Part shown: positions 63,891-64,000 of the stretch, piece by piece | Layout: the number at the start of each line of letters is the position of its first letter | Numbering within the stretch: the first letter of the stretch is position 1 | Assembly (NCBI GenBank): GCA_964615415.1 | Contig: CAZTNI010000003.1 | Location: forward strand, 79,235 to 143,234 | DNA from: an uncultured Candidatus Saccharibacteria bacterium | GTDB lineage: Bacteria > Patescibacteriota > Minisyncoccia > Phycocordibacterales > SBAW01 | Length of the DNA stretch: 64,000 bases | Direction: 5' to 3' | The notes under the pieces: model-generated | What the model was told of the DNA's origin: nothing | The model's database searches: none | Seen by the model: only the letters and a program-made list of their open reading frames with translations | Made by a program: the position numbers and the translations under genes

Positions 63891-64000
63891 TACCAATCCA
63901 ACTCTCCGGTTTTGTATTCTGTAACGCGGGTTTCGAAGAAGTTTTTCTCTTTCGGCATGTCTACAATTTCTGACATCCAAGGGAATGGGTTGTCGACATG
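63890..64000 (-). CDS. 3' end of a minus-strand gene running off the window (...VDNPFPWMSEIVDMPKEKNFFETRVTEYKTGELDW*)
   Basis: Open frame to the window edge, stop at 63890-63892 just after the terminator hairpin; product not identified. Confidence 0.35.
   Translation of the reverse strand, partial: HVDNPFPWMSEIVDMPKEKNFFETRVTEYKTGELDW

Noticed and set aside
1-64000. CRISPR arrays, cas genes, integrases, transposases, restriction-modification or toxin-antitoxin pairs
   Set aside because: No regularly spaced direct repeats with unique spacers. No ORF with recognisable integrase (R..HxxR..Y), DDE transposase, Cas, methyltransferase (DPPY/FxGxG) or classic TA motifs was seen. The repeats present are promoter/terminator modules and IR-bounded elements, not CRISPR.

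Overview
This 64 kb window looks like a compact bacterial chromosome segment. It is about 50% GC, densely coding, and has clear sigma70-like TTGACA-N17-TATAAT promoters, several leaderless starts and many hairpin plus T-run terminators. The gene content and reduced protein architectures are consistent with a small-genome, possibly Patescibacteria/CPR-like, bacterium; that is my inference.

The backbone is housekeeping:
- A glycolysis/non-oxidative pentose-phosphate operon (gap, rpiB, rpe, a split transketolase interrupted by a PPC/DUF296 gene) and fba.
- Ribosomal and translation genes (rplY, rpmE, prfA, rpsB, a short tsf, rpmF, rpsP, a KH protein, trmD), a tRNA-Thr, gyrB, dnaE, rnhB, rnc, a short smc, rnr, and a dnaG-rpoD pair.
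- A 2280-aa fused rpoB-rpoC gene.
- hisS, truB, a minimal thrS and a mitochondrial-like monomeric-type pheS.

Accessory content:
- An envelope/surface cluster: a LamG-repeat secreted protein, a GT2 synthase next to a CxxC protein, a CARDB protein, a sortase and a Pro/Thr-rich Ig-repeat protein.
- A self-contained GC-enriched (about 60%) two-gene island inside that cluster.
- A NusB-NUDIX fusion.
- An 80-aa relic of guaA.
- An ECF sigma factor with a C-terminal extension.
- A PD-(D/E)XK nuclease next to DsbA and a DEDDy exonuclease.

Two loci are the most unusual:
- Three consecutive monocistronic small-protein genes (45176-46419) each sit behind a near-identical ~50-bp promoter/operator element and end in their own terminator.
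- Two unrelated ~88-aa ORFs (53766-55355) are carried in near-identical promoter, 5'UTR, RBS, stop and terminator cassettes. They flank a GNAT acetyltransferase that is preceded by a promoter-to-terminator ~140-nt leader, a candidate sRNA or attenuator.

Other structured non-coding elements are a tRNA-Thr followed by an inverted repeat and a direct repeat of its 3' end, and two ~115-125-nt inverted-repeat-bounded elements after smc and rpoD.
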